DNA of 60,270 nt, taken from positions 1 through 60,270 of the forward strand of contig DFGB01000027.1 of assembly GCA_002371135.1 (NCBI GenBank). Direction: 5' to 3'. The position numbers and the translations under genes are program-made. The notes under the pieces are model-generated. The model saw only the letters and a list, made by a program, of their open reading frames with translations. It had not been told where the DNA came from and did not search any database. Source of the DNA: Verrucomicrobia bacterium UBA3761 (lineage in GTDB: Bacteria > Verrucomicrobiota > Kiritimatiellia > RFP12 > UBA1067). Below, one piece after another: positions 56,773 through 60,270 of the stretch; positions within the stretch are counted from its first letter, which is position 1; each line of letters opens with the position of its first letter.

Positions 56773-59700
56773 TTACTCCATCGGCTTGATCATGGATTCG
56801 ATGAACTTCTGCTCGGATTTGGTGATGCCGTATTTCGCGTAGAGCTGGGCGTCGATTTCAGAAACAGGACGCGACCAGTCGATGTCGGATCTCGAAGTGA
56901 AATCTTGAAGAGGAACAAAACGATACACCCTATCTTGCGCGTGTTGGGTGACTTTCGCCGCACAAACAAGAATACGGAAGAAACGCGTCTTTAGATATGA
57001 CGAAAAGTTCGTTGCCTCCTCATGAGAGTTAAACTTTGCATACAGATATGTTTGCGAACACACCGACTGCTTAGGCGCAACCTCGGGTTCTCCCAATATC
57101 TGGTGCGGAAAACTTTCCCCCGCGCCATACGCACCAGGAATAAACACCTTGTCTAACTTTACATCTGAGGCGTTCTTTGCGATTGCTTTGCCGCGAACAT
57201 AGCCGACGATGCGCTTGCCACCCTTCCAGTAGTATAGAGCGGTATCGAACTCGGTGGTCTTTTTGTCGCTGACAGCGAACGGTGTTTTCTTGCTTTCACC
57301 GGGATTTGTGGGGATGCCGAATGGCGTATCGGCAGAGATGATGGTGGATACTGTCTCATCGCGGCCATCGCGCTGGCAAGCCCCTACCACTTTCCGCACA
57401 ATAGCGGCGGTTCTTGGGTTGCGAATGAAAATGGGGAACTCGTTCATGGCGATTGTCGCGGTGTCGGTCTTACCGTTTTCGTTCAGCGAGTATTCGCACA
57501 TTCCATTATGCTCGCGGTCTTCGAGGTAATAGCACACGCCGCCCTTGATTTCAGCCGTCGGGAACAGAGAATGTGCATCGGCGAATGCAAAGAGTTTGCG
57601 GACGTGGCCGCAACCAAGCATCCGCTCGCGAAACGTCTTCAGTTGGCTTTCGCGTCCGGCGGCAAACCACTTGGCGGGGATGATGAGTGAAACGAAGTGG
57701 GTTGTGATGGTCGATGCCGCATCGGCAAAATACTGGAAAATCGGCGCGTCGTTCGTTCCGCCTGAACCACCCATCAACTGATACGGCGGATTGCCGACCA
57801 CTGCGTCAAACTTGAGCATTTTCATTTCAAACTCCTTGTTGTTCCATGCGTTGCCGCCACAGACCTTGTTGTAGAATTTCTTCGGTTCGTTCTTGAGCAG
57901 TTCCACGAGATTCTTGATGTACTGCGCATTGACCGTCGCCTTGTCGTCGTAGCCGACGAGCGTGCGCCGCGTGATAGCCCGTGCCATGGGCGTTTTGCAG
58001 ACGACGAAGAGCGAACGCGCAACCACCTCGCGCCACAGTTTCGCAAGCGCCGCCGGCGTCACCGCGTCCTCCGGCACATCGCCGAGTTTGCGGCGGTAGA
58101 GCGAGTAGGCCACGTAGAGCGGATAGAGGCCGGATTTGGAATTGATTTCGAGAATCTTCGCATCGGGCTTGCCAAATATAGCCTGTGTCACACCCCCATG
58201 CTCAACATGCCGCGGCGCATCCTCAATAGGTTTATCAAAGTTCTCGTCCCAGAAACACCAGCCGCCGATGGTGTCGGCAAGGTGCATGTTCACGACGCGC
58301 CAGGGCGTGAGAACGGTTTCCTTGTCGGGGTTCTTGAAGTAGCCGAATATCCGCGCGATCTGCTGGACGCGCCTTGTCGGCGGAAGCTTGTCCGCGCTCT
58401 TGGCGAGTTTTCGTATCTGCGTGCCCGCTTCCGCAAAAACATCCGCGTCGTAGTATTCGACGAACTTCTTGAAGATCGCCTTTGTGACGCCCTGCGGCAT
58501 GAACTCCGCCCACGACTCGTCATCGACGAGGTTTGGAAAGTCCTTGATTGAAATGACCTGCTCTATTGGCACGTCCGCTCCGTAGATGAGAAGTGGCATG
58601 CGTATCGAGATTGCGCGGAGAATGAGAATCGCGTTTTTCTTTTCCGCGCGGCGGCGCTTCATCTCCTCGCGCGCGGCCTTTTCCTCTTCGGAGAGCGGTC
58701 GCGACGGAGCGCTGCCCTCCCGCTTTTCATGTTCCTCGTCGGCAAAATCCTGTTCGTTGACATAGACGGTATCGGCCATCTTCGTCTGCTTGGACGACCC
58801 GACGATCTTCCGAAGGTCCTCGAACTTCTTCAGGTCGATGTCAGTCAGCTCAAGGAGCCGGTTGGAGTAGAGCGACGTGTCGTCAAAGCCGTTGCGGATG
58901 GTCTTCATCACGAAGATGTGCTTGATCGAGGCCATCATCTTCTTGACGTCGTGCACCTCCATCTTCGAGCCGGAGATGGATATGACGGGACAGTAGTTCA
59001 GGAACTCGCCGAGGATGCGGCGTCCGTTCGATTCGGTCGTGTCGTTCTTCGACACGCGGCACGAGACCTGAGCCGTCTCGGCCAGCACCTTCAATGCACG
59101 GTCAGGCGCGAAATCGAACGCATAGCAGTCGGTTTTCATCTTGCCGCCGAGGTCGCCAGGACTCTGCACGCGGAAGATCGTCTGCATGTACTGTGCGGCG
59201 GACGTGACCGCGCTTCCGGCGACCATGAGGACGGCCGTCCATTCGGGGACCGTCACGCCGGTTGTGAGCTTGCCGCACGAGAGCGTGATGGAATACTCGT
59301 TCTCGCGGATGGTCTTCTTCACGAGTTCGAGTGCGCTGTCGTAATGCCGCTCTTCGTAGTCGTCACCCTCACCGGCGACATTGGCGATACCGTATTCCTT
59401 GAAGTACCTATGTTTGCGCAACAGGGCGGAAAGCGCCTTCGCGGACGCGACGCCCGGCACCATCCAAAGCGTGTGGCGGAAGAGGTCGCGATGCTCTTGC
59501 GTGGCAAACGGGTAGCGGCTTTTCGGGCTGTCGCCGGAAATCAGGTCGAGGAAGCGCCGCACATCATCCTCATGCACGAAGTCGCCGACCTTGGCGTCTC
59601 GCGGGACGGGATGATGGTCGATTTCCTTGTCGCCGGTCCAGGTGCGGAAGAACTCGCGGAAGTTGAACGCCTTGCCTTCAAGGTCGTCTTCCGAGAATCC

Positions 59701-60270
59701 GTCAAGTTCCGCGCCGAGGTCGTACGTGTAGAGATTGAGGCGCGGCAGGGCGGCGTAGGGATTGGGTTCGTCGGGATGTTCTTCGTCCCACGTCTCCTTC
59801 CGCTTCTGCTCCATCACGTAGTCCCAGACGAAAACCGAATCTTCGTCGTACTGCGAGAGGATGTTGAACGGCGTGCCGGAAAGCGAGAGGACTTTCGTGT
59901 GCTTCTTGACGAGATGCTCGCGGACTTCCTTGCCAAGGTCGGTCTGAGTCCCCTCGTGCGCTTCGTCGACGATCACGAGGTCCCAATCCATGTTGAATAC
60001 GCCGCGGTTCTTGTCGTACTTGCCGTTCACGATCTGCGAGCCGCGCAAGTCCTGGATGGACGCGAAGTAGATGAAACGCTTGCCCGATTCGTCGAGGCGG
60101 GCGAGTTCGCGGTCGTTCCGCGCCTCCACCTTGTCGTTGAACTCGTATGCTCCGCCGCCAAGAGAGCTCTTGCGGTAGAACGTATAGCCGTCCACCTTCG
60201 TAAAGAGCTTGTTGAAATCCTCCTGCCAGCCGCTACCCACCACCGGGCGGTGCGTGACGATGATGACGCG
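56773..60270 (-). CDS. SF2 helicase - N6-adenine DNA methyltransferase fusion (Type ISP-like restriction-modification enzyme); N-terminus outside window
   Basis: The frame is open to the window edge (RVIIVTHRPVVGSGWQ...). DEAH box LVIVDEAHEG, motif III-like LSLSGTPFN, SAM-binding-like ILEINSKSGLYPL and catalytic VVGNPPYQ. About 350 aa of putative target-recognition region follow the MTase motifs. Confidence 0.75.
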   Translation of the reverse strand, partial: RVIIVTHRPVVGSGWQEDFNKLFTKVDGYTFYRKSSLGGGAYEFNDKVEARNDRELARLDESGKRFIYFASIQDLRGSQIVNGKYDKNRGVFNMDWDLVIVDEAHEGTQTDLGKEVREHLVKKHTKVLSLSGTPFNILSQYDEDSVFVWDYVMEQKRKETWDEEHPDEPNPYAALPRLNLYTYDLGAELDGFSEDDLEGKAFNFREFFRTWTGDKEIDHHPVPRDAKVGDFVHEDDVRRFLDLISGDSPKSRYPFATQEHRDLFRHTLWMVPGVASAKALSALLRKHRYFKEYGIANVAGEGDDYEERHYDSALELVKKTIRENEYSITLSCGKLTTGVTVPEWTAVLMVAGSAVTSAAQYMQTIFRVQSPGDLGGKMKTDCYAFDFAPDRALKVLAETAQVSCRVSKNDTTESNGRRILGEFLNYCPVISISGSKMEVHDVKKMMASIKHIFVMKTIRNGFDDTSLYSNRLLELTDIDLKKFEDLRKIVGSSKQTKMADTVYVNEQDFADEEHEKREGSAPSRPLSEEEKAAREEMKRRRAEKKNAILILRAISIRMPLLIYGADVPIEQVISIKDFPNLVDDESWAEFMPQGVTKAIFKKFVEYYDADVFAEAGTQIRKLAKSADKLPPTRRVQQIARIFGYFKNPDKETVLTPWRVVNMHLADTIGGWCFWDENFDKPIEDAPRHVEHGGVTQAIFGKPDAKILEINSKSGLYPLYVAYSLYRRKLGDVPEDAVTPAALAKLWREVVARSLFVVCKTPMARAITRRTLVGYDDKATVNAQYIKNLVELLKNEPKKFYNKVCGGNAWNNKEFEMKMLKFDAVVGNPPYQLMGGSGGTNDAPIFQYFADAASTITTHFVSLIIPAKWFAAGRESQLKTFRERMLGCGHVRKLFAFADAHSLFPTAEIKGGVCYYLEDREHNGMCEYSLNENGKTDTATIAMNEFPIFIRNPRTAAIVRKVVGACQRDGRDETVSTIISADTPFGIPTNPGESKKTPFAVSDKKTTEFDTALYYWKGGKRIVGYVRGKAIAKNASDVKLDKVFIPGAYGAGESFPHQILGEPEVAPKQSVCSQTYLYAKFNSHEEATNFSSYLKTRFFRILVCAAKVTQHAQDRVYRFVPLQDFTSRSDIDWSRPVSEIDAQLYAKYGITKSEQKFIESMIKPME

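Overview
This 60.3-kb window comes from a GC-rich bacterial chromosome (roughly 60% GC by eye). All calls are by-eye motif and architecture recognition; no searches were run. The window has four blocks.

(1) 1 to ~22.1 kb is the late part of a prophage. It starts with a partial XRE regulator and two AT-rich cargo genes, followed by an unusual regulatory and repeat region. Then comes a tightly packed plus-strand late operon: small and large terminase, DUF935-type portal, Mu gpI-like protease/scaffold, capsid, a MuF head protein with a C-terminal extension, tail tube, a -1 frameshifted chaperone, tape measure and distal tail genes. The early and integration genes lie outside the window.

(2) 22.1-44.6 kb is a carbohydrate-utilisation locus. 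A long minus-strand operon encodes an MFS transporter, a DapA-like aldolase, an SDR, a GH10, a 1010-aa discoidin/LRR surface protein, a hypothetical protein, a TAT-signal metallophosphoesterase and a TAT-signal MBL hydrolase. A divergent XylR-like regulator, a 1293-aa GH2 enzyme and a 1424-aa CotH/lamin-tail protein complete the block.

(3) 44.7-49.0 kb holds nadE and carB.

(4) 49.4-60.27 kb is an AT-richer defence island. It contains an ISL3-like remnant, two truncated AlbA_2 genes and a truncated ABC-type ATPase. Then comes a tightly coupled cassette of a minimal SF1 helicase, an OLD ATPase-TOPRIM (Gabija-like pair) and an ABC-ATPase/DUF4435-like fusion (PARIS-like). The last gene is a helicase-N6-adenine-methyltransferase fusion that runs off the window.

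Across both prophage and host, almost every intergenic gap is filled with modular 7-10-bp tandem-repeat blocks (GTAGGAAG, CTCTGYG, GGGAAGA, TTTTCGA and others). These are often arranged as long inverted repeats. One copy sits in-frame inside the MFS gene, and three genes take their stop codon from such an array. Several host promoters place an extended -10 box 6-10 nt before the ATG, implying leaderless mRNAs. No rRNA, tRNA or CRISPR array was recognised.
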